A DNA stretch of 64,000 bases from Lama guanicoe (Eukaryota). The DNA is taken from assembly GCA_013239625.1 (NCBI GenBank), contig MU054693.1, positions 13,104,174 through 13,168,173 of the forward strand, read 5' to 3'. The notes beneath the pieces are model-generated. The model did no database searches and was not told where the DNA came from. It saw only the letters and a program-made list of their open reading frames with translations. Shown here piece after piece: positions 23,979 to 36,822 of this stretch; within the stretch, counting starts at the first letter, position 1; every line of letters starts with the position of its first letter. The position numbers and the translations under genes were made by a program.

Positions 23979-26846
23979 CTTAAATAGCTGTCATAAGGAT
24001 TAAATAAGAAAGCATTTATCAAGTGTTCTGGAAACAGTGAAGTACGCTAAATATTAGTTGTTAATAATTTTAGTGAAAGGCTTTCTGTGGCAAGTTTTTA
24101 TTACCAAATATCTCTAAAAATAAGTGCCAGTGAAAATGTTCCAAACAATACTTGCTATAGTTTTTCATCAAGGAATTGTATCACATTTAGGTTCAAAACA
24201 TGTATGATGACATGGTAAGAAAGAGCTTGCATTTTTGGAGTCTTAACAAACTTGTGCTGAAATCTCACCTCTGTCATTGACTGGCTTGGGACTTTGGATC
24301 AACTAATAAAAATTCCTAAGCTTCAGATTTCTATCTGTAAGATGTGGTAGCAAGAGGTATGGAGGGGGACAGAAAAATGTCTTGATTGGATCACTGTGAT
24401 AATGAAAATGACCGTATATGTGCCCAATAAACTCCAGTGCCCCTACATAAAATCAAATCATCTACAGTGGGCAAAATCCAATTAACATTAAGTATTTTCT
24501 GATGACTACAAATCAGAGTGAAGGATAAAAGTAAACAGCTGACAAATATAGTTGGTCTTAGTATAATTTTATCCTATGGAATGAAAAACAGGAGAAGAAA
24601 GTGAGAAACCAAGTCAGTAGAGAAGGTTCTGGTTATGATCCACCTTAAGAGAAATTTCAAGAAGAAGGCAGCTGTCTTTCCATTGACATTCCATTGGCCA
24701 AGTCCAATGATAACATTACCTGGTTAAGAATATGGACTCTAAAGATGGGCGTATACTTAGACAATTAAAACCAGCCTAGCTGAGTGATGTGAATAAAGGT
24801 TGTCCTCTCGGGCCAAGATGTAGCTGTCATCAATCATCAACAGACATAAACTCAGGATGGAGTGGATCTTTGCAGAAAATATTTATGTCGGTTACTATGC
24901 ACTTGGGTTTTGTGGGATATGCCTATTTTTCCAACAGTTAATGATGTGGTATTTAATGTGCTCAGGTTAGCTCTTGAGCTATTTTCTCTCTCCCTCTTTT
25001 TCTTTTCTTTCTTCTTTCCTTTCTCCTTTTTGTCTCTTTTTTGTCTTTTTGTCTCTTCCTTTCTTGCTTATGATGACATGTTCCCATATATTTTGCCTAC
25101 CTGCCCCGTTTTGGGTACATGAAATGGCTAATACTCTTAGATTCCCTCCTTAACCTTCATTCCTGGCTTTGAATTAAATTTTTAAAAATTGTATAAAGTG
25201 TCAGGATGATCCTTAATAGGAACGGCTTAGCTGTTTGATCACCCTCTCCATGGTTGGTATTCAACTCTAGCCCTGGATTCCTAAGTAACTTTTAAATTTT
25301 TGTCTTCCACTGATATCCTAGAAATAGTGAATAAAAAGGCTTCGGAAATATTTCAGGGTTCTTTTTATAGAAGAGAAACCTGAGACTCATTTCATGTGAT
25401 CCAGGGCTACTGGATTGAAAGAACTAAGACTCCAAATCCCAGATTCCAGTGGCCCCATTTCTAATCATAATTAGCCGTGCCTACGTCTCCTACGGGACAG
25501 AACCTGTCTAGAAGTGCACAGGCTTAGAGCAATGTAAGAAACACTGTTTTCTTGGTCCACTTCTCCAAGTAAAGTCATCTCTGATAGCTCAGTGACATCA
25601 TCATTCTCCAACTTAATACCTTTTCCAGGTTAAGATGAAACTCCCTTGGGATTTTTTAGTTTTTTATATCTTAGCATGATTTAACTTAATGATGATCTCA
25701 TAAGGATATTCCTGGATGCGGAAAGAGCAGAAAGTGCAGTAATCAGGGAGAGAAGAGAAAGTCACCAATACCAAGTCTTTGAGAAGAAATACCAAGAGCC
25801 AACTTTCTTTATCAGCTTTTGCCTGGAGCCAACTCAATATTTAATAACCTTATCTGTATTTGTTTTTATTTATTTATTTATTAAACATTTTTTTCTACTA
25901 AATGAAAATCACTATCCTAGGTACTGTGATACAACAGAGTTTGGTAGGGAGTGGTTATAAACTACTGGGCTTTTCGGGGTAAGAAGGCAGTGTATCTCAT
26001 GTCTTGTAACTAACACAATGATAAAACATAGCAAAATGCTAATAACAAGGGACATACACTCAACACTCTTGGGAGTAGAGAGGCTGATTTTAATGGGGAA
26101 ATAGTGGAAATGGAAAAGGATTCCTTGAGAATATGACCTTTAAACCGGACCTTTTAGAGTTGACAGCAAGGAAAAGGAATTTTGAAGCTGAGAGAATGCC
26201 ATACCTAAACGTCAGTCGGCATCTTACAAATATTTCTTGTGTTCTTTGCTGAGCCTCAAGGTATAGCAAAAATAGAGAGAGAGAGAGAGAAACATAAACC
26301 TTGACTCAAGGAGTTTTCTGCCTCATATAAGCCATTGGAGAAAACATGAATTTAATATGAAGTAGCTGGAAGTGAACAAAAGCACTAGGTTAGCTTATTA
26401 AGTTATAGGCAAATTGCCCATCTATAGATGGGGCTTCTTGGATTGTATTTTGGGATTGTATTTTTTTTTTCAATAATGGTAAAGGAGACAGCCTACAGAG
26501 AGTAGCCTTTTTTATTTGGATCTCTTTTCCCTCCCTATACTCTTCCCACTTTACACTTAGGCCATAGAGGTGACACCCCCTCTCTAGAATGAATTTCCTA
26601 GTCCTTTTGTCACAAGCTAACCATCATAAGTTTTGATGGTTTAATCCTGTTGGAAAAACTATGTTCCTGAACCCCAGACCAGGCTCCTGTTGCTCCAGGT
26701 ACTGTTCCTGAATTCAGATCCAGATTATGTGGTTTATGGTTTGGTCTCTTGGGGATGCCCTGTGTCCTAATGCTCTGTGACGTCAGAGAACTCACCACAC
26801 CTCTCTGAACTTCAGTTTCCCTACTTGTACAGTGAAAATAACTTGA

Positions 26847-26873
26847 TGTGTGTGTGTGTGTGTGTGTGTGTGT
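26847..26873. repeat. (TG)n microsatellite
   Basis: Pure TG run seen directly. Confidence 0.97.
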
Positions 26874-28109
26874 AATTTGTGGAAGAAAAGTAGCTGCTCT
26901 GAAAATTAGAAAATCTCAGATCTTTCCCTGGCTATATCCCTATTTTCTGTTGGAAAAATGATGTTATGCTGTGTTATGCCTAAGTTTTCCATTTAGGGTG
27001 AAATACATGAAGACTAAATTTAAAACTGATCAACAATATAATCAAATAAGCCAATCTGATGAGGGGAGAACAGTAGAAAGAGAAATTGATTGCTTGGCTG
27101 AATGACTGATTATTTGATTCAGTTGACCAGACTAATCAGAGCCATCCGTCTAGTAGCCAAGGGTGTGCACACGTATCAAAACAACCTCAGGAAAGGACTT
27201 AGGAACATCTGCTCGTTTGAACTAATGTAGACAAAATATGGTTGACTGAATGCTTTGATATCTTTTCATCCTAGATGAAGCCTTTGGGAGGGTGGAAACA
27301 GTATAATGAAATCCATGGGCTTTATTAAGTCTTGGAGTGTAGACAAAACTCTGTCCCTAGATATTTATTTTAAAATTCTGATATCCCTTCTTGATCCAAA
27401 TACAAACTCAATCATTTGTGTTTCTTATTTTTCTTTTCATGAGAGCAAAAAGACCATGGTAATAATAGATAATGAAGAAGAAGCAAACAGAAAGAAGGAA
27501 CCCTCTTTTTTTTTTTTTTCTTTTCTGCTCCATTTAGCATGTCTTATGCTCACTACCTCGTTTTCTCTCTCTCCGCTCCTTCTCCAGACTCCCTTTTGGG
27601 TTTTCATTTCCTGGAGAAGAATTCATCTCTTTTTTTCCTTTGATCACTTTTAAATCCCCACAAAGGTACCCTGATGGCTCAACTCCCTTTATATCCTCAG
27701 CCCTGATTCAATCATCAGTGGCCTCTGACGAGTTCACAGCTGCTGGGATTCTTTTAACACGTGAGTGGAGAAGAGAAGCAAGGTTGAGCAGACAGCCTAA
27801 GATGCATCTACTAAAAGTAGTTTGACTCTGGTTACAAAACAAATTCAGTGTTGAACAGCCCAGGTCTGTCTGGTTCTAACATCCAAGATGCCTTTGCCAC
27901 CCAATGATGCCATCATGCTTTTCAGTTTGAAGAAAGACCGTACAAGTTTCTCCATACCTAATGGGCATCTATACTTTTTCAATTAGAGAGACTCAAGCTG
28001 AATTAATCTTAAGCAGCCTAGGTGTTTACTGGGTCCCAAGTGTTGGGTTTCCATTTCGTGATTACAATGCTGGTGAGCATAATAGTAATGATGGTGGTGA
28101 TGGTGATGC

Positions 28110-28285
28110 TGATAACAACAGTCCACATTTATAGAACTTTTTCTACATGTCAGGCATCCTCCTAAATTCTTTACACGTACCAACTGGATCCACCCTCTCA
28201 ACAACTCCATACGGTCAGGATTATCATAGGATCTCTATTGTACAGATTAAAAAAAAATTGAGGCACAGTGAGAAAAGTGGAAGTT
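28110..28285 (-). mobile_element. MIR SINE
   Basis: 'acatttatagaactttttctacatgtcaggcatcctcctaa...attgtacagatt...ttgaggcacag'. Confidence 0.7.
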
Positions 28286-28609
28286 TTTAGTCATTTTCAT
28301 TTCACTCAGTCTTTTATTGGGAATTAAAAAAAACACTTGATAAATTAATTGTAAACAAGACAACGTAACCCATGATGTATACATTCTATGGCACAGAAGA
28401 AATCTTCAGCAATTATTGCAGTTCACTATGCGCTTTATTTTTAAAGTTCTCCCAGCAATCTCAGGAAGAGCAGAAAGAATATCCCACCCCCATTCTTTGA
28501 TGAAATTACTGAAAACTGAAGTCACTGCCCCGGCATTTGTGGAGTCAGTTCTCAAGTCAGCAGTATTGGTCTCTGAAGATTTCAGAAGAGGGAAGACATG
28601 GAGTATTTG

Positions 28610-29010
28610 AGTATTACACCAGTTTCCAAGGGCCACCATAAGAAATTACCACAAATTGGGTGGCTCTAAATAATGAAATGTATTCCCGCACAGTCTGGAG
28701 CCCAGAAGTCTGAAATCAAGATGTCAGCAGGCAGGACCACACTCCAAGGCTCCAAGGGAGAATCCTTCATTGCCTCTTCCAGCTTCTGGTGGCTCCAGTC
28801 AATTCTTGGTTTGTGCTGCATATATTTCCCCCACTATCCTTGGAGGTAGGACCCACTGGGGTAATTTAAGATGCTCTAATCTCACAGTCCTTCATTTAAT
28901 GACATCTGCAAAGATCTTTTTTTCCCAAATAAGGTCACATTTACAAGTTCTGGGGGTAGAACGTGGACATATTTTGCCAGGGGGTGGGCCAGAGGAGCAC
29001 CATGCAATTC
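28610..29010 (-). mobile_element. MaLR solo LTR, MLT1B/C-like
   Basis: 'aaattaccacaaattgggtggct', 'cagaagtctgaaatcaagatgtcagcagg', 'gcctcttccagcttctggtggctcc', 'ccaaataaggtcacatttacaagttctgggggt'. Confidence 0.88.
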
Positions 29011-29679
29011 GTTGTAAATAACTAGGGACATTCTTTTAGGTTTTTCTAATAAGAAACTCAGTAGTGTTCAAAACACAATTTTACATAGTTTACTTATAAT
29101 GGAGATCATTGCCCTGCAGGGCACAGTGAATGCCCTGGGGCCATGACCTAGGAAGATAGACGATTTTGAGTGAGGGAGAGGCTTGTTTTGACCTAATAAG
29201 GCAAGAATAGGATCGCCATGTAAACCTCCACTTTCCCTCTCTAAAATAAACCGCTAACTTTCTTAACTACAACTTTGAATTGGCAAAACACTCATTCAAG
29301 CTTAATTAGGATCATATGGTTTAGTAGTCGCTCTGACAGGCTATAGAATGTCATTGAGATGTGTTAACTTGGCAAAAAGAGGAAAATAAAACTGGGGAAA
29401 ATGAGTACGAAGATTTAAAAAATGAAAAAGTGAAATAAATTTTAAGGCTAAAGATAGGTTTGTATATTACTTTCAGTATCAAAACATGCATTCTTAGTTA
29501 TCAGCTACATTTTTCAGCGCATACGTTTTTGGGTATCAGAAACTTAAAATCTCAAGAAATTGTCATTGATTTAAAACTGGAAATAGTTTGAGTCATTATA
29601 GGAAAGATGAGATTATGGCTGTGAGGCTATTTAAATAATGCCTTTGAGAAATGACCTGAAGATTTATCTGAATATCCGT

Positions 29680-30061
29680 GGCTGTTTACTAAATGTCTGT
29701 GTTCCCCCAAAATTCATATTTTGAAATCCTAACCCACAGTGTGATGGTATTAGGAAGTGGAGCCTCAGGGAGCTGATTAGGTCAAGATGGTACAGCTCTC
29801 ATTAATGGGATTAGTGACCTTACAAAAGAGATCCCAGAAAGATCCCTCCTCTCTTCTATCCCTCCTCTCTTCTGCAATGTAAGAACACAGGAGGGAGACA
29901 GCTGTCTATGAATCAGGCAGTGGGTCCCCACCAGGCACCGAATCTGCCAACGCCTTGATCTTGGACTTCGCGGGCTCGAGAAACATGAGAAGGAAATTTC
30001 TGTTATTAATAAGCCACCAGGTCTATGCTAATTTGTTATACGGCCTGAATAGACTAAGACA
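29680..30061 (+). mobile_element. MaLR solo LTR, MLT1A0-like, with 5-bp TSD
   Basis: 'cccccaaaattcatattttgaaatcctaaccc...gatggtattagga', 'ccttgatcttggacttc', end 'gactaagaca'. TSD tccgt (29675-29679) / tctgt (30062-30066). Confidence 0.92.
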
Positions 30062-30957
30062 TCTGTGAATCTCAAGTTGGAATGGTTGCAGGGTGGTAAG
30101 AGCTTGGCAAGATTCTAGGGCATTTTGTTCCTTGTTCTCAAGAAACAGTAGTTCCCAAAGTATGGTCTATAAAACAGCTGCACAATATTCAGTTCCTTAA
30201 TTCCAACACATACCCATCCCCCCATTTTAATGTGTCTGAAATTAGGCTGCCCGTTACGCAATGTCAAAGGATGTTTGTTAGCAACTAGGCCTTGCTTGGG
30301 CAATCTTAGCTGTGCATGGATAAGGCCTTTCATCTGATGATCACTTCAGTTGGGTTATCTGCATTTGTTGCACCACTTGTGGCTAAATTTAACTTGAGTC
30401 CTCAATTGTTGCTTATAAAAGATTACACTTTAATGTTGCATTGAAATGAACATTCTTTCTGAAGGCAGAAGATTGACAGTCAAATGATAAGTAATCCAAT
30501 TTAAGGTGGTAGACACTTGCCAAATTTCTTGAAGTAGATCATAAAATGTTGAAAGCCAGGAGAAGTTGATGTGATTTATTTAGTGGTTGAGCTGCTTTAT
30601 CTGTCAGATTCTTCCACCTGAATTGCAAGAGAAGCTGATTAACTTCTAGAAATACATGCCTAAATTTTGTAGTAGTAGGAAAAGCAGATGAAACCCTAAA
30701 AGCCTTTCATATAATATAGAATTGTAATGTTAATCCTGAAGATATTAAAGAAGTCAATATGATGAGCGTAATTTATGAAAAACAACATGTCAATCTGATG
30801 TTGAACACCAGAGGATGATGGAAATCTTCCTTTTAGGATTTCCAAAGGTGTTTTAGCTTATTAGAAGCCCTTAAATATCCTATAACAAAGAGCTATACTT
30901 AGCTTTGTTTTTACCATCATTTCCAAACATACATGAAACCAGAACTCTCCCCAGCGT

Positions 30958-30982
30958 ACACACACACACACACACACACACA
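30958..30982. repeat. (CA)n microsatellite
   Basis: Pure AC run seen directly. Confidence 0.97.
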
Positions 30983-31734
30983 CCAGCTACTACCATTTAC
31001 CAGTGCTGCATCCTAGTGAACATACCTTAAGGCATGTTACCCTATGGAAAGATTATCATGTGAATTTACCTGATCTTCATTTTTGTAAGTGATAAAGTCA
31101 CAGATACAACTGAAAGAATCAAAAACTGTAATTCCGAAGGCCCTACTACTATTTTTTCATTAATTTGCTTTATGATCATGAACAAAGCCCTTCTCTTTCT
31201 CTGAACTGGTTTCCCCATCTCATCAATAAATATTTATTGGTTGCAGAAAATAATCCACAGTTCCCTTTGCTGCCCTTGCCCTTTGATGCCTGCAATGAGG
31301 TCCCTTATTTGGGGATAAAATACAATCATCTTTGGTTAAACATACTTTTGTAAACCTTTTTTTGTAAACCATAAAACCACAACTCATTTTGCGGTTTTCA
31401 AGAATAATATCTGAATTTATTTGATAGTTATTCTTTTAGATCAGTCAGCCATCCAATGCCACATTCTGAGAGTCCTATGCCAGCCATCCCAGGGAGAGCA
31501 ATGAAATGTACCATTCAGTGTTTATCTGTCAAATGCCCTTCACGTGCTAACCCTATTCTTTGCATTGAGTAGAGCCATCTGAGGCCACAAGGGAGGGGCC
31601 CTTGATTTTTTGGCCACATATTCCTCTTTGGTGGCGGTGGTGGTGATGGTGGCAGTTCTCTTCTCCCTATTCTTCTTTGTCATTGTCATCAGCAGCAGCA
31701 CATGTCACCTTCAGTTCACCTTCTACACAACTAC

Positions 31735-32200
31735 TTATAAGATTTGATCCTGGCATGCCCCTGCTTAACACTTAAGATGCTTCCCATCTCCCCAGGGATG
31801 GAGTCCAACCTCCTTGCATGGTTTGTTTTTCAGGCTTCTCATGATGTATCCAGACTTTTCCCCCTCTTCATTCTCATCTCTGGTCATTTTCCCACCAACC
31901 ACTATACAGTCCAGCTGTGAATGATCTTTATTCAGTTCTTTGAATGTGCCGGGCTCTCTTCCATCTCTGTGTTCTGAACATGCTGTTTCTTTATCCAAGG
32001 ATGCTGTCTCCATCCCCACCTCCCCCGTTCACTACTTCCATTGGGTTATTTTTTCAATACGATCACTTCCTCTGGGTGAACTGATAGCGCCTTGATCACC
32101 AGTGCTGCAGCAGGTGGCCCCCCAACAGCCCCTGCAGCATCCCGCACTTTCCCTAACGTGACACTGTCAGCCGCCTGTTAGAGTCGCCTTCGTCCTAGTC
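31735..32200 (+). mobile_element. L2 LINE fragment
   Basis: 'cccctgcttaacacttaagatgcttcccatc...ttcagttctttgaatgtgcc...catgctgtttctttatccaaggatgct'. Confidence 0.7.
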
Positions 32201-32769
32201 TGTCTCCCTTTGGGATGGCTTTTCAGCTGGATGATCTCAGATGACATAAAGGTCCTGTAAAACTCCAGAGCTCTGTCCAGCAGAGTGGCTAGATCCGAAG
32301 TCCACTGTGCAGAGCACAGATGTGAGAAGACAAAGGATCCAGCCTGTTTGTAGTCACTGTGGGTGACATGACCTTTTTGATCCCACCTATCCAATGTGAT
32401 AGCAAAACAAGTGTCCAACAATGCACTGTACAGACAAAGCCCGAACAGCTGAGACCAATGTCATGCCCCAGACACAGTCCCCAGTTGTCCGTGGACTGGC
32501 TTGCACTCCAGAGTGCTCTTATCTTGTCTGGAGATGTGAAAGCTTCTCTTTACTGTTTTCACCTCCCTCTGTCTGACCACAGGTTCATCTGCCTGGGGAG
32601 TGAATTCTCTCGCCCTCCTACCACCAAACACAGCTTTCCTTTAGAAGCTGTGAATCAAGCTAACTGCCTGGTAATCTCTGGTATTAGAACCATAAGGCAC
32701 TGTGTATGAAGGATCTAGAAAACAAGTCTTTTTTGTGACAGCAAGTTATTAGTTTGCTAAGGAAAAAGG

Positions 32770-33010
32770 TGATGATACACACTGTGACTTTTCCTTAGAG
32801 TCCACTATGATCTAGGCATCTTGAATACATTATACAAATTACTCCACTCAACAGTCCTGCAAGTTGGTATTACTGTCCCCATTTCACAGATGAAGAGACA
32901 GAGGCTCAGGGGCTTAATCTCTTGTCCAAAGTCATCAGCTGATAAGTGTCAGAGTTGGTGTTAGAAACCACATTGGTTTGATTCCAAAGCCTGTGTTCTT
33001 TCCCCTCCAC
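32770..33010 (-). mobile_element. MIR SINE
   Basis: 'ggtattactgtccccatttcacagatgaagagacagaggctcag...cttgtccaaagtca'. Confidence 0.85.
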
Positions 33011-33304
33011 GGAGATGATTCTCAATGTTTCAGAGCAAGGTATGCAGTTCATGGAGAGTCAGTTTAAAAAAGTGATACATTTGGAAATGCTTGCTTCTTA
33101 TCTTAAGTGGAATAGAGTAAAAAGAACCCCGATTCTGGGCCAACTGTGCTCACTGGTCCCTGAAGTGGAGAACTGCCCAGCTATTCCACCAGCCAGGACA
33201 CATCTGTGGCAGGTGGGGTCACTGGAGCTCACTGCCTCTCTTCTAAGGAGCATTCCCTGAACAACCCTCCCCCTGCATCCAGGCAATTCATTTACTGTCA
33301 CATT

Positions 33305-33500
33305 CTAGGAGATGACAGAGCACAGGGCCTGGGGTTACCCAGAGTTTGAGTCCTGACTCTGCCACTTAACACTCAAGTGAATTGGACGATCATTAAATTA
33401 CTTCATCTCACAAGGAAGAAATGAGGCTCTCACAAGTTTGGAGAGAGAGCCACATGAGTGAAATCGTGCATGTGAGGGAACTCTGGACACTGTAAAAGTG
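33305..33500 (+). mobile_element. MIR SINE
   Basis: 'gagtttgagtcctgactctgccacttaac'. Confidence 0.65.
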
Positions 33501-33579
33501 TCTGAAATCCTCTTCTGCACTTGCGATCTTCCAACTCCATTTTGCTTTGGTTGTTTTCTATTACATGCACATAATAAGA

Positions 33580-33800
33580 TTGACAGTGAACGTTTATTAA
33601 GTGTTTCATTTGTGCCAGGCAAATCGCACTTTAATCTTTATAGATACCTGACATCTTACTTTTGTACAATAAAGATTGCCATTTCACATGTGAGTAAACT
33701 GAGAATCAGAGAACAGTCCCCTCTGTCTGATTCATCTGGACTCTCTGACAGAGGAAGGACCTGAACTCAGGGCTCCAGGGGCCCAGAGTCCTGACACAGC
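33580..33800 (-). mobile_element. MIR SINE
   Basis: 'aacgtttattaagtgtttcatttgtgccaggc...ccatttcacatgtgagtaaactgagaatcagaga'. Confidence 0.7.
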
Positions 33801-34339
33801 CTCTGTCTCAAGCTGGCTTTGCTTTGCTAAATTCTGACCTTCAAGTCAGAGAATGTGGATTAGCCATGATTGTCTTCTCCAAGGAACCAGGGACTTGCAT
33901 GGAGTAATTAAATTAACATTCTCAGATTCCTCTTCTGCAAAAGAGAGATACTAGGAGTCCCTGTGTCATGAGTATGCATGGGGATAAAATGATAGGATAA
34001 TATCAAGTGCTTAACAAAGTGTCTGCTGCAGATAAACATTCAATAAGTGGGTGGCTGTTATTACATATTCTCTGTGAATGTCATTTTCCTTATTACCCTC
34101 CCTCCTCTGGAGAGTAACATCCTCAAGAACGGTGTCAGTGCTCACATTCCCTTTATTTTTGGCCCACGTGGAAACCTGTGCTGGATCTGTAGCCCACCAA
34201 AGATGTCAGTGGCCAGGATGTAAGATCCAGGAGGTCTACTGGGATCTGACTCACTGGGCAATCAGTTTGAGGGCAGAACTGATGACCGAGTAGAAACGGT
34301 TCCTCACGGGTGAACAGCACTGTACAGTGTAGAGTGAAG

Positions 34340-34630
34340 TGATACAGCACAGTCGTTGGTGACATAGACTTTGGAGTCAGCCTGAATTAAAAAACCAAGT
34401 CTGATACTTTTATTCATTCGAGAAGTACAAATTCAGTGTTCTCTATGTAACAAGCCCTGGGAAAGAAATTTCACACTCACCAGCTTTGAGAACTCACGCA
34501 GGTCACTCGGTTCCCCCCGCTTCAGTTTCCTCAGCTGTAACATGAGTGTAACACAGTCCATGTCAGGGTGTTGTCAGCTTCCTAGGAAACAGCATATTGA
34601 CAGTGCTGAGGACAGTGCCCAGAGATGGCA
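34340..34630 (+). mobile_element. MIR SINE
   Basis: 'gactttggagtcagcctg...gcttcagtttcctcagctgtaacatgag'. Confidence 0.7.
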
Positions 34631-35332
34631 GCTCTAAGTCTTTGGCCCGTATGTGTGAACTCTTTACTGCATTTGATTGTCACGACAATCTTCAACAATA
34701 TTTTTATTACTACAAATAAATGACCATTTTAAATGTAAGGGACTAAACTGACTTGCTTGCACTTCCCACCTGTTGTGAGTGGCATGAGGCACCGACAGGG
34801 CCGGTGTGGTGACAGCAGGTGTCCATCAGTCCTCCCTAAGGAGAGCTAAGCGTGTGAACTGTGCAGGTTGCCCAGGGCTGCAGGAAAGCACAGTATCCCC
34901 GCTGTCTCCGGATCTTCCCACAAGTGAGTCCTAAGCACCAGACACGGCCACGTGAATGTGCTGGGTTTCCAGGAGCTGAATGGAGGTGGGAGACCTGCCA
35001 GCCTTGGCTTCATCCCCAGGAAAGTTCTTCCACCCCTCACTGCCAACTCAGACGTTTGTCATATTATTCATGCATGTGGTATCTTCCCCAAGAAGCATTG
35101 GCTCCCCAAAGGCTGGCATGGATAGGCAGACCCTGGGAGCTCAGAAATCCAGACCAGCAGTGGAAAAGTCTGGCATGAACTGGGGAGCCTGCTGGGCTCA
35201 TCAGTGTGTGTCAATTCTAGGCAAGCCAAGTATAGCCTCCTAAGGCTGGCATCCCCTGGTCCAGTCTATCAGTCACACCAGGGAAAGCCAGCACCATGCT
35301 AGATACGGGGCGGGGGGGAGCAGGAAGGGAGA

Positions 35333-35692
35333 AGTCTTGGTCTGCTCAGGCGTCCATGAGAAAATACTGAGTAGCTTAAGCAACAAAAATTAATTTTCCC
35401 TTAGTTCTCAAGCCTGAAAGTCTGAAATCAGGGTGCCTGCATGGTCGGTTTCTGGTGAGATCCTCTTCCTGACTTGTGATTGGCTGCCTTCTTGCTCTGT
35501 TACCACGTGGTAACAGAGTGAACAAGCTCTCTGGTGTCTCTTCTCCTACGGGCTCTAAGCCATCATCAGGGCTTGATGACCTCTAAATCTAATCACCTCC
35601 CGAAGGTCCCATCTCCAAATACTGTCACATTGAGGGGTGGGGCTTCAATATGTGAATTCTGGTGGGGCTGGGACATAATTCAGTCCATAGCA
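35333..35692 (-). mobile_element. MaLR solo LTR, MLT1A-like, with 5-bp TSD
   Basis: 'aagtctgaaatcagggtgcc', 'ctaatcacctcccgaaggtcccatctccaaatac', end 'attcagtccatagca'. TSD ggaga (35328-35332) / ggagg (35693-35697). Confidence 0.92.
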
Positions 35693-36499
35693 GGAGGTAA
35701 GCACTTGGTTACATTTGGAGTCTGGCCAGTTTCCAATGAGGTATTTAAGAGAATCAATGACAAACTAGGACATGCAGAGAAGAGAAATCAGAATAGTAAA
35801 AGATCTTTAAATCATATTATATAAGAAAAATCAATCAGTCATAAAGGAACCACGGGGACCTATACTAGTGCAACAGGAGAAAACAGTTACAAATGTTAAG
35901 GCGCTAACAGAAAGATACAGGGGCCCTAGCTACAAAACTATTAGGGTAACAAAGTACTTACACACGTTCAGTATTTTTATTACAATTTTACAGTAGAAGT
36001 TATATGGTTAGACTGTCAATTGTAAATAGCATAGGTGATCATTACAAATGACTAGGACCACTTATCTGCACATTAAAATTCAGACTTTCTGGTCAGCCAT
36101 TCTAGTAAAACTCAAAATATTTGAGCAAAACTTTTTCTTTAGTCTGTACTCATAGGTGAGCAGCCAGATAATACTAGAATTCAATAGTGACCCTTTGTGG
36201 TGAATGAATCAAACCCTGAGTGACCCCTTATATCAGGGCCTTGACTCACTTGGTTGAGGTTAAGGACCCATTTGAGTAGCTAAGGAAAGCCATAAGCCTT
36301 TCCCTCAGAAAAATGCATTAGTGGGCAAATAGTTTTAATGATATATAGTTTCAGAGAGTAGCTGGGGTCATAGTTGGTGTTCAGTGATTATTTGTTGAAT
36401 GGCAGTGAATGACTGAATGAATACATGGTGTAAACTATTTTATCTTGAGGTAAGGATATTTCATATGTAACGTTGGGTACCACTTCTCCCTTCCAAGGC

Positions 36500-36822
36500 A
36501 GAGGTGTCGAGACACACCTTGTGACGTCAGCTGGACTTTGTTGGCAATGTTGGGTTTAGCTTCCAGCTGTGGATCTGGGTCAGGTCTGCCCCTTCTGTCT
36601 CCTGCAGCCCAGGCTAAAGGGGGAGTGAACACCAGGCCATGTGCTCACGGTGATGGCAGGAGCAGAAGACAGCCGGTCCTGGCATTGTTGATGACAAGCC
36701 AACGGCCCAAGGTCACAGAGAGGAGTACGTACTCCAGCTACCACGAGGCCATAGCAAGGGCGTGGTGGCTAGTACTGTCGTAGGGGATTGAATAACGAAG
36801 ACCAATAACTCATAAGTTTAAC
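36500..36822 (-). mobile_element. MaLR LTR remnant, MLT1I/J-like
   Basis: 'tgggtcaggtctgcccc', 'cccaggctaaaggg', 'gatggcaggagcagaaga', 'gcaagggcgtgg'. Confidence 0.5.

Noticed and set aside
32105-32125. CTCF-like motif 'gcagcaggtggccc' (similar partial matches near 34620, 38350 and 62800)
   Set aside because: There are mismatches at informative positions and the matches lie in old repeats. They cannot be supported without PWM scoring or ChIP data.
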